Assembly (NCBI RefSeq): GCF_964355755.1
Contig: NC_092670.1
Coordinates: 29,996,388-30,060,387 of the forward strand
Direction: 5' to 3'
Source: Antedon mediterranea
Lineage: Eukaryota; Animalia; Echinodermata
Length of the DNA stretch: 64,000 bases
Numbering within the stretch: position 1 is the stretch's first letter; each line of letters begins with the position of its first letter. Positions 24,007 to 38,013 of this stretch are shown piece after piece. The notes below the pieces were generated by a model. It made no database searches. It saw nothing but the letters and a program-made list of their open reading frames with translations, and was not told the origin of the DNA. A program made the position numbers and the translations under genes.

Positions 24007-24196
24007 ATATATAAATTATACTGTAAATTATAGAAACAGTGCTCATATTCAGAACATGATCTCATAATCGCGTCGAGCATAGCTCATTGTATGAAAAAAT
24101 GTCAACTTTCGCCAATGAGCTATGCTCGACGCGACTATGAGATCATGTTCCGAATATGAGCACTGTTTCTATAATTTACAGTATGATTTATATATA
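24007..24196. repeat. Long near-perfect hairpin (about 83-bp arms, 23-nt loop) within (TA)n
   Basis: 24007-24089 is the reverse complement of 24113-24196 with about 3 mismatches. Confidence 0.9.
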
Positions 24197-27100
24197 ATTT
24201 ACACAGTGCTACGCAACATCATTGATTTATATATATATATATATAGATATATAATATTTTTGTATTTGTAATAAACAAAATTGATTATCATAGTTATTCT
24301 TAATTCGCTTAGTACAACTAATTAAATATAGTATACATTGAAATCTTTAAACATTGAGAAATGTGTTTTTTTTAATGGTTAAACGTTGTTAAAGCTGAAC
24401 ACTACACTGACTATTCCCCTGATACTGGATCGGTAGGAAGCGGACACCAAGAGAGTATTATTATGTGATTTTATTCTGTAATACCTCATATTTGATTAAA
24501 TCAAGGAGAAATAAGTATCAGCTATACTTTCCATTTTAAACAATGAGTGTGAGTACAATACCAGAATTGAATACAGTTTAATTGCAATGTTTACAATGAT
24601 TATTCACCTGAGAAATATAAACGGTGTTTCCTTATTCTGTAACATATATGGACATTGATAATGATCACCTTAACCAGTCAATACGGTTAAACAGTGTAAG
24701 ACGTATGTAACTACTCTTTACCTTTTGTTACAATGATGTCTTATAACTTCTTGATGGTATTGTTGTTTTTATATGTGAATTGGTCAATTGGTGTTAAGGT
24801 TGCATGTAGAACAAGTAACGATGCTAGTTTTGAGACAGTTTGTGAATGTACAGAAAGAACACGAACCGTGAATTGTAGCTACCGAGGACTAAATGAATGG
24901 CCAGTTGGAATTCCAATAAATACGTACTATCTGTAAGTTATTGAATCAATTATTACATAAAATATTCATGAAATCAAGTGGAATGTGGGACTAAGGTTAG
25001 AAGGACTGTAGGATTGTTACTTTATACCGATGTAGTTTTCATGTGTCGTACAATGAGACCTAAAGGTGGAGACCGTGGTGTAAAGTTAATTACCAACAAC
25101 TTTATAATCTTTAAAAATCTAAATTGTATATGACGCAAAGAAGAGTTGTTTCACTCTCTTTGATTTCAATTTATATAGATACATGAGTGACAACAACCTG
25201 AGAGCAATTAATGACGATACGTTGTTAAAATTACCGGAGCTTAAAGTTTCATAACAATTTAATTAGCATTCACTGCAATTGTAATATTATTTAGTAGGTA
25301 TTGTTGCATGATTTCAAAAAACATTTTCGGCGGTTATTTATCAATATATAATCTGTTTTTAAAACATTGTATCATAACATGTTATTTTCAGAGGAATTAA
25401 TAACAATTCACTTAGAAGACTACCCTCGTTTCCGAAGTCAATCCAAAGTGTGTAAGTATTATTTTTGAAAAAGATATTCTGTAGCCTAAGTATTATGATA
25501 TTAATATTAAAGTCATCAGTAATTATTGTTGAGTGCCCTCGTCATTTGATTGGTTTAATTTGTATCACGTTCTGTTAAAATGGTTTTTGCATCCTCAGAT
25601 TATTTTTAAATATTGAGACTTGCGACTCTTTTGTCAAAATCTGAGAACTGCCTTGGTTCCGCCTTGTTAAATGGAACAGTCAACCATTCAAAGCAAACCG
25701 TATCCTCATTCAGCTTATAAACATTATTGTGTATAACTTAAATCCATTGTAATATTTTATTGTCTATAATGTCATAATCTGATTTTAATTTTTCTATCAT
25801 GGTTTTTAAGCATGCATCGATGTTAGTACTTAAATATATAGGCCTATTTTCCTTTAAAAAAAATTGTTTGATGAATATGCCATTTTAATGTCACATTCAG
25901 ACAGTTATTCACTTTGACCCAAAATATATATTTACCTGAAAAAACTGTAATTTAAAGCAAAACATAGTCAAATTGGCTGCCAATCAATGGTTTTTGATTG
26001 AATTTAACGATTTATTTTGTCGTTTTATATGTGCATTTTTATTTTTTTATTTTTATTAAAACTACACCAAGTCTGATTTTAATAATCTTAATTGTTTATG
26101 TTTTTGGGGGCAATACATTTTACTACTTCGATTTACATAACATTTACATAATAATTGATTTTAATAGAGTATAGATGTTAATCAATCTAAATATTAATAA
26201 TCTTTCAGATATGCAGCATACAACCTGCTGACAGACATATCAACAGCATTTAATGATCTTCCAAGACTTTATAATGTGTACGTTACAATGATATTATTTC
26301 AATGTTTAATGTTATTGATGTTATATATTACAATAGATAGTGAAATAATCTCAGATCAGAAGCATTATTTTTTTCATTCATGTTTAATAGTCATACTTTA
26401 ATTTTCTATTTAAAATTTGTTTGATTCATTGAACTAAACAATACGTTAACAGTGTAGTTCCTAACTACTATAGCAGCTACATTTATTGCTTTTACTTTTA
26501 CCTAATAGATTAGAATGTATGTTTGTAATAATATGTCATCGTATTTGGTAACAAACTTGTCATATATTATTATAGAAACCGGACCCTGAAAAAACACACT
26601 TTACATAGTAAAGTCATTCGCCCTCGATGTTATCGGATGGCATGTCCAATTGTTGCAATAGGGTTGGTGAAATCTGTCCATAATAGGTTACTTTTCTGTC
26701 CATAATAGGGAACTTTCTGTCCATAATAGGGACTAGAGGGCGCTGTTGTTTGTCCATAATAGGCGAGTTTATTGGAGTAGTGCGCCATCCATTGTGTTGT
26801 CCATAATAGGTGATTTTGTTGGCGTACTCGATCGTACGTACGTAGTTTATTCGAGAGTAGAAGTAATAGTATTATTAGTTAATACTAATTTGCTTTCTCT
26901 TCAAACTTCAAGGCTACCTACTGTAGGCCTAGCTAGTAGGAGGCCTAATTAGTATAATTATTTAAGTCTCTCTAGCCGCTAGGGCCTAGGCTAGTCCTGT
27001 TTTAGAGTTAGGCTACCTCAGGCATAGATAGTACTACTACTAGCTTAGGCCTAGCTGGAGTCCATTTGTTATTGTCCACTATTACTAATGAAATGTGAGC

Positions 27101-27634
27101 TTTTTTTTTCTAGGCCTACCTTACAGCAGGGGGTACCTCCCTGCTACAGTAGGAATAAAAATGACATGGGCTCATATTAGGTAGATAGGTTTCCTACTAC
27201 AAACCATTAGGCCTATCCTCATTATCTGTTTTTTTATTATTTTAATATGAATATTTTACAGATTACTCGTAACTATACTGCCTAACTGCAGGTCAGGTCT
27301 GGCGGACTAGTCACTATACAGTCTTTTACTAATACCACTGCCACCACCGCCCACTACTATACTTTAAAGACTGAAATCAGCTACTACTAGCCTAGTCTAC
27401 TAGACCTATTGGTAGTTTGTCTTCAAATCACAGACATCTAGATTGCTAGATTGACCTTTTTGTTTTTTTAAATTATTTTTTGAATGAATGAGTCTTATCC
27501 AGACAGTTCGGACAGTTAGTAGGTTGGCAGTATAGTAGAGCCAGAGCTATTGTTACTGTATGTTATTAATTATGTCATCTATTTAAATCTCAATTTTTCC
27601 CATGTTTTTTGCATGTATCAAAGATTGTGTACAG

Positions 27635-28279
27635 CAGCCCACGAAATTCAGAAAAAAGAAGGTCGGCAAAAAATTGCCGACCTTAAATTCGCCAAGGTCG
27701 GCAGTCTCGGCAGTTCTAAAAATAGAAAATTCACCAAGGCCTAACCTCTTGCTAACCTAAAGGGCTAGCTAGGCCTAGCCTCCCTAGCTATATGTTATGC
27801 AAAAAGAACTAGCAAAATTAACTAAAATATAAAAACCTAACACTAAAATTTACAAGATAAATTCTATTTGATAATTGCTGAACATCATGGTTCTGGAGCT
27901 AGCCGTACACAGAGGATAGTTGCTTGCTTGGCATAACAGGGTATTCCCCTACACAGGTCTGTCGCACAGCGCTGTGCCCAGCCAGCTTGGTTTTGATAGG
28001 AGGAAAGCATGCAGCTCACACACAAAATGATGTAATGGTTGAGTGAATTCAGGGATCATCTTAATTCTATGGTTTGTTAACTAAACACAACATGGTGGTG
28101 AATATGCCTGTTAATATTTCAATGATACGATCCCTTAAAGTACCATGTTGTTGCTAGGAGGCTTGAAAGGAGGGATCTAGCCTAGTTTCTAGGTCGGCAA
28201 TCTCTTGCCGTCCTCTGACAATTTAAGGTCGGCAATAAGGTCGGCAATTGCCGATTGCCGACGTGAAATTCGTGGGCTG
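27635..28279. mobile_element. MITE with CAG termini and 6-bp TSD
   Basis: TIR CAGCCCACGAA...TTCGTGGGCTG, flanked by GTACAG at 27629-27634 and 28280-28285; subterminal GGTCGGCA/TGCCGA motifs at both ends. Confidence 0.8.
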
Positions 28280-29169
28280 GTACAGTGTATCTTCTGATCA
28301 ATGTTATAGTACAGTAGCATGGACATTTCTATTAACTAGGGTAAGTAACAGATAGGCCCAACCTACAATTGAAGAAAAATACTTTACATACAACCCACTA
28401 GGCCTACATCTTTTAGGACATTTTTCAATATGACCAAGATACTGTAAAATCCCAAGAAGAAGCCTATTTAGAAAAAGTATTTGTTTGCAAAAGTAATCTT
28501 CGGAAAAGAAGGATACAATTTAGTCAAACATTTTCAGAGAGACAAACTGAATTTTATCAGTACCGTAGTAGAAAAACTGACAATACATGAAAATTAATTT
28601 TTAACATTCTGATTTGAAATATTCTATTCATTTGAATTGCTAAGAAATTAAAAGTAGATATTTTTTTTTTATTTCCATTCATTATAAACATTACAATCAC
28701 AGTACAAAGAATAGATAAATCCACTAACAAATTCATGCAGACAATATTTCAAAATTTAATTGAATGTTATATTATTAAAGCATTCATTCAATAAAGCATT
28801 TGTCTTTAAAACATTTAATATCAGTTTTCATATAGTGAGTATGGTAATAATTGACTCTAACAACTGGTATAAACTTAAATTTAGTAAAACAATCCTACAT
28901 ATCTTTTTTTTAAATGCAATAAAATATTTAAACATAACTGTTTCCCACCATACAACATGAAAATTTGTCTCAGCATTACTAAGATTGGAGTTTCTTGCAT
29001 TATACAATACCTTTTTTTTATTATAGGCATACAGATGTTTGATATTCTGCTCATATACAGTATGCTGCTGAAATGAAAAAGTACATCACTTCAACATATT
29101 ATTTTTGATCATAATCATCGATCAATAATTATAGTAATAAACAAAATCATTATGGTGCATTTTATTTAT

Positions 29170-32100
29170 TTATTTTTATTTTTTTTTTTTTTTATTTCAT
29201 CATATAATACATTACAAAGGAAAAACATAATCAAATAAAAAATTAAAATAAAAAGCAACAAACAAAAACAACAAAGATATCCATCTAACAAATTAAATAA
29301 AGGTTCATAAAAATTATTCTACTCTATAAACCATTTTATATTTGATTTATAAATTCTTCTAATTTTATCCATTTTCTATTAAAAATACTGTCCTCAAAAT
29401 TCTGATGATAAAGAAATTTTTCTGTTTCATAAAACCTTTTTAACTCGTTCATAACCATTTTGATAGTTGGCTTACATTTAACTAGTTTACATTTATAAAT
29501 AAATGATTTTACAATTAGAATAATTGCATTAATGGCTTTTAAATTAAAAAACTGATGCGCATCTTGGTATCCGAAAATTATGCTCTCTTTACTAAAAATA
29601 AATTGCACTCCAGTTTTTTCTGAAATTTTTTCCTGGAGGAGGTTCCATATCCTTTTTACTATTGGACAATTACAGAACAAATGCTGAATGGTTTCAATTT
29701 TACCATCTCCAAATGAGCACATTGAAGTTTCTTTTATATTCATTTTAAATAATTGTTCATTTGTTGCAATTATTCTATTTACAATTTTATATTGAAAATA
29801 TATTAAAGCAATATTCATTGTACACGTATGTGGAGCTAGGTAGATTGTTTTCCATTGTTCGTTATTGAATACAAATTTATTTTCTGCCCATTTCTTTTGT
29901 GCTTTCCATGATTTAAACATTGAGTTATTTAAAACATCATAAAAAATACGACATCCCTTTCTTTGTTGAAAGAGTACTTTTATGTGAAATGGAATATCTG
30001 GCAAAACTGTTTTTTTAATTTCACATATCATTAAATTGTTAAATTTTTCCCTAAGAAGCCTTTTTAATCCTATTAATTTTATATAATTTATCTTAATACC
30101 ATAGGTATCTTCGACTTCTTTTTTATTCATAAATTGCCCATTGCTGTTAAACAAATCATTAACAAACAAAATACCTGCTTTTTCCCAATTTCCATATCTT
30201 ATACATTCGTTGCCTATTCTTATTACTTCATTATTCCAAATTTGCATTCGTAATAGCTCGTCAACAGACTTTGGATAATGAATAGAAATAAAATTACTCC
30301 ATGCATCTATTACCTCTTTCCAGAAGAGAATTTTAACATTATCTCTAATGCTGGACAGACGTTTACAATTCGTTTCAAGTTGCATAGAGTTAGACAAATT
30401 TGTTATGTACTTAAATAGCTTAAATATTGGGTTGTCTTCGGATTTATTGTTGAAAATTCTACGCAACCAAGTTATTTTTAATGACATAAAAAAAAAGTTC
30501 AAATCTACCATTCTTAATCCACCATGTAAGTAATCACTTTTCATCTGATGCCGGTTTATTTTATCAGGTTTGTTTTGCCAAATAAAACGAAAAAATAAAT
30601 TATTAAGACGTACTACGTATTCATTTGATGGGTTCGGTAAGGACATGATCATATGAATGAGTTTTGGTAACAAGAGTGATTTAATAATAGTTATTTTACC
30701 AATTACTGTCAAGTTTCGTTTAGACCATTGGTTTATCATACGCTCTATCGTTAAAAACACTCTTTCATAGTTTACATTAATCATTTGAACTGCATCTAAT
30801 GAAAAGTCAATACCTAAAATTGAAAATATGGCATTGCCTATCCAGTTTATCTTTTTTCTTGTTTTTAACCTTACATTGCTACCTCTCTTACTACCTATCC
30901 ATACAACTTTTGTTTTTTCTTCATTTATTCTTAAACCGGAAATACTCTCGTATGTATCCAGTGTATCGAGTGTTGCATGCAGTGATGCTTCAGACCCATC
31001 AAGTATAATGGTAGTGTCGTCTGCATATTGAGATATTGTATATTCCTCATCTCTAATTTTAACTCCCTTAATTAGTTTGTTTTGCTTTATTAAATTATTC
31101 AATATTTCTGCACAAATTATAAAAATATATGGAGAAAGAGGGTCTCCTTGTCTACAGCCTCTTTCAATTTTAAAACGATTTGACATAGCACCGTTAACAT
31201 TAACTGAGGAATACATTTCCGAATAAAAAATTGTAATCCACCTTCTAATAGACTCGCCAAAGTTAAACATTTCCATGGCTCTATCAATGAATATATGTGA
31301 AACAGAGTCGAAGGCTTTTTCGAAGTCAATTAATAATAGCATACCGGGAATCTTTAACTGTTCACTAAGACATATAATGTCATTCATTAGTCTAATATTT
31401 TCGCCAATAAATCTATCTGGCATAAAACCGTTTTGCTCTCTACTTATAATATGACTTAATACATTCTTTATTCGATTAGCTATACATCCAGACGCTAACT
31501 TATAGGTGATGCTTAATAGTGATATAGGTCGCCAATTTTTTAGAAGGTCCCTTGGTTTATTCGGTTTAGGTATAAGCGTTATGATTCCAATTTGTTGAGA
31601 TTGAGATAGTTTTCCGTTCTTATACACCCAATCGAGCATTCTAACTAAATAACCACTAATATTAATCCAGAAAAATTTAAAGAATTCGGCGGAGAAACCA
31701 TCTTGTCCGGGACTTTTATTGTTTTTCATATTTTTAAGAACTTGTAATATTTCATCAATTGTTAATGGCCCTTCAATTTCCTCCTTTTGTTTTTGTGATA
31801 ATTTTGTCATACTATTTTTTTCAAATATTGTTTTCATAGTTACAAGATCAATTTTAACGTCTTTGTTTTTGTACAATTTGTTATAATAACTTTCTACATT
31901 CTTTATAATTTGTTTATTATCAGTTATATCCTGACCCATTTCCCTCCTAATTTTATTCAAACTTTTATTTACAATCTTTTTTTTCTCCAAATTAAGGAAG
32001 AAAGAAGATGGTTTTTCCCCTTGTTCCACCAACTGAGCTCGCGATCTCAGCATGATCCCTTCAATTTTAACCATACGTAATTGTTGTAATTCAATCTTTA

Positions 32101-32396
32101 TGGAATTTAGCTCTTCAATATTGTTGTCCATTTCTGGACCAATTTGAAGTTCATCCATCTTTCTTTCAATTACATTAATTTTATCTTCTAATTCTTTTTC
32201 TCGCTTTTCATTTTCTTTTTTTAACCTTGAGGAGAACGAAATTGTTTTGCCTCTTATTCCTAAGAGCAACATTTCAAAAAATAATGCATCATTAATAGAA
32301 AGGGACAAATCTGAGACTGGGATATCCTTAATTGTGTCTCTTTTGTATGGCGACGCAGCATATCGTTCTGTAATTGTTTGGATTTCTTTTTTAACT
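29170..32396 (-). mobile_element. 5'-truncated L1/Tx1-like LINE
   Basis: Poly(A)-like tail (T run at about 29170-29195), candidate TSD ATTTTATTTAT at 29159-29169 and 32397-32407, uninterrupted ORF2. Confidence 0.9.
29336..32396 (-). CDS. LINE ORF2 reverse transcriptase, N-terminally truncated (endonuclease missing)
   Basis: KSPGQDG, WRPISLL, DFEKAFDSV, RGCRQGDPLSP, QYADD, YLHGGL and C-terminal zf-RVT-like ETIQHLFCNC; frame stays open up to the truncation point (VKKEIQTITERYAASPY...). Confidence 0.9.
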
Positions 32397-33304
32397 ATTT
32401 TATTTATCCTTGCTATTTTTTAAATTGTAGTTTAACCATGTTTTTACACTTTTAAAAATAATATAATTCAGTATTTTTTAAATGTGATTTAGATTTTGAA
32501 TAAACTGTTCTGAATACAGGACAAAGGTGTTGATTGTACACAGCGTGTATGTAAACTTGATTTATTGTCGTATTTCTTATTAGTATTAAACATTAAAATT
32601 GATTCATTTAATTAAACAATATAATAAATGGATGAGATGTGCTGCTGTTGATCCACTTTAGACTGGGATGGTTTGTCATTGAGCTATGTGGATCCAGAAT
32701 TTTGAAATAGGGGAGGACCTAAAATGACGAAATGAAGTGCTGAACTGTGATGTCTTTTTCAATATTAAATTGATTTTTATTATTACTGTTAACAAAACAA
32801 AATAAGTCCAAAGAAAAAAAAATACAACAATACATTGAAACACCAATGCATTTATAAAAATAACAGTTTACATTTCATTATCTTAAAAAAATAAAACTTT
32901 ATCAATATTGTTACGGGCTCGCTCGTTAGGCTGAAACCAACAATAAGAACATAACAAAACACGTTGTAGTTGTCGTCCATCTTTATTCATCTCTTCTCTT
33001 TTACTCTAGAGGGCTCACTTCTGTGTGACAAACCCATCACACACCCCCACTTAAAGAAAGTTTGATATGATTAAAGTTATAACGGTTTACTATAACATCT
33101 TAAATCTTTTCTTATACAGTAGTTATTTTAACAGGTCGTTGATATGAATTTACTTCAACTGCTTCTTTAAAATTTCACAAGTTCTAATTACTTTAAATCC
33201 GTGTATGCCATTAATGCATCACTCTATCACAACTAACATATTATAATTAAATAAACACTTTTAAAATCACCAACACTTTTAAAATCATTTCATGCAAGTT
33301 TTAT

Positions 33305-36300
33305 CTAAACTCTTGACAAAGCGTCAGCTACAACATTGTCTTTTCCTCTGATATGATGAATTTCCAGATTCATTTCTTGAACTGCTAAGCTCCATCTCAA
33401 CAAGCGTTGATTCTTGTCCTTCATTCTTGCCAAGAACGTTAATGGGTTGTGGTCAGTCCAAACTACAATTGGAACTGGAGTAGATCCAAGATACACTTCA
33501 AAGTGCTTTAACGCTGACATCAAAGCCAATGTCTCCTTCTCAACAGTAGAATAACGTTTCTCATGCTGGTTGAATTTTCTTGAGTAGAAACACACAGGCT
33601 TGTCAACACCATTCTCGTCTGTTTGCGCCAACACAGCACCAGAACCAACATCACTGGCATCAATCATCAACGAGAACTGTTTATCAAATTGTGGAGCCAT
33701 CAACACCGGTTCGTTTGATAACATCGCTTTAACTTTAATGAACGCATTATTGCATTCCTCCAACCACACAAAACTTGCATTCTTTTTCAGCAGATTCGTT
33801 AATGGAGCTACAAGCGTTGAGAAACTTCTGCAAAAACGTCGATAAAACCCAGCCATTCCCAGGAACCGCATTAACTCCTGCTTACTCTTTGGAACTGGGA
33901 AATCACAGACTGCCTTAATCTTAGCACTTAATGGTTTCACTTTTCCGCAACCAACTTTATGACCTAAGAACACAATTTCTGCACAGGAAAACTCGCTTTT
34001 CACCAAATTTACTGTCAACTTCGCAGCTGTCAACCTGTCAAACAATGCCTTAATTCTCTGCAAATGGACATCCCATGTATCACTATAAACAACCAAATCG
34101 TCTATATAAGCTTCACAGCCCTCCAACCCTGAAATACACGCAACTGGTGTTGACGTACAGGTATCACTTTTATTTCTCGCTGTGTATGGTTTCAACATGT
34201 TTATATGACACAGTCGCTTCTTCTTACGCCTATCTGGAGTATCTAACACATAGTCAACTTCTCCTACTCTTTCTAATACTTTGTAAGGACCAGCAAATCT
34301 TGCAGATAATGGTTGACTGGGAAGAGGCAACATAACTAACACTTCATCACCTGAATTAAAGCTTCTCTTTTCTGATTTCCTATCAAACAATCTCTTCATT
34401 TTACCCTGAGCCTTCACAAGATTCTTTCTAGCCATCTCACGAGCACGATTTAATCGATCACGAAATTCAGACACATAATCTAGTATCGATACAGACTCTT
34501 CTGCATACCCTAACAGCCTTTCTTTGACTATTTTAAGAGGGCCTCGGACCGAATGACCATACACCAACTCAAATGGGCTAAACCCTAAGGACTCTTGCAC
34601 TGTTTCACGAACAGCGAATAACAATAAGGGAACTCCCTCATCCCATTCCTTTTCACATTGAAAACAATAGGTTTTAATCATATTCTTAAGTGTTTGATGA
34701 AATCTCTCAAGTGCCCCTTGAGACTGTGGATGGTAAGCACTTGAACTTATATGGGCAACACCTAACTGCTCTAAGACTTGTTTAAATATCTTTGACATGA
34801 AGTTTGATCCTTGATCGGACTGAACAGCTTTAGGCAATCCTACCCATGTAAAGAATTTTACCAATGCTTTAACAACATTCTTAGCTGTAATACGCCTAAG
34901 AGGAATCGCTTCTGGAAACCTACTTGATGCACACATTATTGTTAATAGATACTCATTTCAATTTTTAGTACGTGGTAATGGACCCACACAATCAACAATA
35001 ACCCTTGAAAATGGTTCACCGAATGCAGGAATAGGCTTAAGTGGGGTTACTGGAACCTTTTGATTAGGCTTCCCCACTACCTGACACGCATGACAGGATT
35101 TACAATAGTTAGACACATCTTTTCTAAGACCTGACCAAAAGAAATGCCTGAGAATTTTGTCTACCGTTTTATTGACACCTAAATGCCCTGAAAGAGGATC
35201 ATCATGCGCAATACCAATAATATCCTGACGGTATCCACTAGGAATAACTATCTGGTGAATCTCATTCCAAACATCACTACTTGGAATATTTGGTGGCCTC
35301 CACTTACGCATAAGTATGCCATCCTTTATATAATAACAAACAGGAACAATAAACATTTCCTCTACAGAAAGAGCTTGCTGACCAAATGACACCAAATCAG
35401 GATCTTTACTCTGCTCTTCCACTAACCTGGACCGATTGAGAACTGTCGGACCGAAATCACACACTTTTGGGTGCTGTTGTTCAGCCTGGGCAGTGTGTGA
35501 CTCGGGACCTGAGAACACAGCCTCTTGGGAAACGCGATCCGTAATGTCTCCGTAAAAACTATCACATAAGTCAATACTCTCATCCTCATCTATGATTTTA
35601 TTTGCCATAGATCGCGTCACCGCACATGATGGAAACACATGTGATAATTCTTTCTCTAAACACACCGTGCTTTCGTCTTCAACAGGACTCTTGCACACAA
35701 CCGGTTCTACTGTCACTCTGTCTCCGGCCAAATCATTCCCCAAAAGGAGTGTGACACCCCATACTGGAAGACTCGGAACGACACCGACAACAAAATCTCC
35801 GCTAACAATATCTGTTTCAATCCGAATTACATGAAGTGGGACTTCCTTATAACCCCCTTCAACACCTTGAATGAGCACACTTGCTCCAGCAGAAGACTCG
35901 TTTGAAAATGACAATGCTGATTCTATTATCAGGGATTGTGACGCCCCTGTGTCTCTTAAGACACGAACTTTACTCAGATTCACATCGTTGATCAATGCTA
36001 CAGAACCAGTAGAGAGGAAAGGCTTAAATAGCTTTCGCACTTTTTCCGGACCTGAAGATTGGATCAACTTCTCACATTCATCAACGTCATGACTCGCTGT
36101 CACTTTCAACGGGACTGTATTTACTAACGTGTTTGGAAGTGATTGGGGTTTCTTATTATCCCCTTTAGATTTGCTTTGAAACAGCCAGCAATCTGCCTTT
36201 ATATGACCCTTTTTCTTGCAGTAAAAACAAGTTCTGACAAATTTACTACTACTATTAACTGTAGTTTTCTGACTTTGGACCTTAGAATCATCAACAGATT

Positions 36301-38013
36301 TGGAAACCGATTTGGTATCCACCACCTTGTGCGTGAGCACATAATTATCGGCAACAGAAGCCGCTTTCATTAAATTATCCACTTTCTGCTCCTCTAGATG
36401 TGTACGAACTTCAGTAGGGGAACAAGATTTAAACTTCTCAACTAACATAAGCTCACGAAGCTTTCCAAATTCACCCTTTACTCCTTCCGAACTACACCAT
36501 CTATCAACAAGAATCTGCTTCTTACGTGCAAATTCTGTAAACGTTTGATCATAAGGTTTACCTAAGTTCCTAAATTTCTGACGATACGCCTCTGGAACTA
36601 ACTCATAAGCTGACAAAACAGCAGTTTTAACCGCATCATAGCTTTCACATTGATCATCAGCCAATGCAGAAAATACCTCTTGGGCTTTACCCACAAGAGC
36701 AGTTTGTAACAACACAGTCCAGTGTCTAGCAGGCCACTTTAATCTATTAGCAATTTTCTCAAAAGCTAAAAAATATGTCTCTGCCTCGTCCTCATTAAAC
36801 TTGGGAACCCATTTAATATTCTGAGTAATCTCTGAATCATTAGGTGTAGAAACCCGTGTGGTGTGACCCATTTGGTTAGCTAATTCTAATTTCCTTAACT
36901 CAAATTCATGTTTTTAGTCGCGTGGAAGCGACTCTATAGTTCACTATGTCGGTCGGTCGGTCTGTCTGTCTGTCTGTCGGTCTGTCGGTCGGTCTGTCTG
37001 TCTGTCGGTCCGGTATCACTATGCGTTTTATCGCTTTATGACCTTATCTTGATATCAGTTTAATCTAGCTAAGTCAATTTTTCACAGAATATTCCTTATG
37101 GCCAGGAATCGATGTGGTTATGTTTTCACGGTGCGCAATAAAAAATTACGCGGTCTACGCACGATTTAACGAAATCACGTTTGTAATCATATCTTAACAA
37201 CCATGAATCACAATTAAATAAAATTTGGTACTCATAAATTTCAGGGCATAAATCATCATATGGCAATACAATTACGTGCGTAGCGCATGTAACGCATGCG
37301 TAAGCGCGCTTAAAATTTTCAAAATTTATTTTCGATGAAATAAGAGTACGTTTCAGGCAATTTTAAGCGTTTACAAAATTGCCATGAGTGCGCAGATTTT
37401 TGCGCGCGCACTGCGCGTTAAATGTTATTGCGCACTCTTCTTGCCCGATTTCTGTTTTCTTGACTTGCTTTTCAACTCGAAATTACGTTATACGAGCACG
37501 TCAAAAGTGACAGGCTACGCACGTGTAAATTAAAAAAATATAAATGTTTTTAAATATTTCAACATTTTTAAACATGTTCAGTAATTTCGGTCAGTATAGT
37601 TCACTATGTCGGTCGGTCCGTCTGTCTGTCGGTCTGTCTGTCTGTCGGTCTGTCTGTTTGTCTGTCGGTCTGGTATCACTATGCATTGTAGCACGCGACT
37701 TAATGGCTGTTGGCCTTGTTCTTTTTCCATTTCTCTTTGAGTTTGCATCTCTATTTTTCTTCTTTCAAAAATCAATTTTTCACGTTCCAACTCAATTCTA
37801 GCCAACTCGACCTCATTCCCCGCAGTTTTTACGGATTCATGAGTAATTAAACCAACATGATTTCCAATCACATTTATCAAGTCATATTTATTCATGGAAT
37901 CATTTATAGATGCTCCAACCCTAGTACCTAGGAGTCGCAAACGCTCCTCTGATAGCTGAGCTACCACCTCAATGGACATCCAAAAATTCCTCGTCAAAAT
38001 CACTTTCTGACAT
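33305..38013 (-). pseudogene. gag-pol (Gag/CCHC - protease - integrase - partial RT - RNase H)
   Basis: CFYCKKKGHIKADC, LRDTGA, HHCC + VDCVGPL/SDQGSNF/GALE integrase, YIDD, IDASDVG. Lesions: 5-nt deletion near 37978, HINE insertion, GGA>TGA at 34958-34960, about 640-bp deletion at 34135/34136. Confidence 0.92.
36911..37720 (+). mobile_element. Helentron-associated repeat copy 3, inserted in Gypsy gag
   Basis: Full-length copy inserted in a T5 run that is uninterrupted in Gypsy copy 2 (GAAAAACATG at about 41955). Confidence 0.88.

Noticed and set aside
25800-26000. Segment with reverse-complement similarity to about 58930-59090
   Set aside because: Probably an old dispersed repeat, but too AT-rich and diverged to delimit or classify by eye.
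26646-26660. CAATTGTTG as TSD of the large hAT-like element (also at about 39104)
   Set aside because: It is offset from the termini by several bases on both sides, so it is not a clean target duplication.
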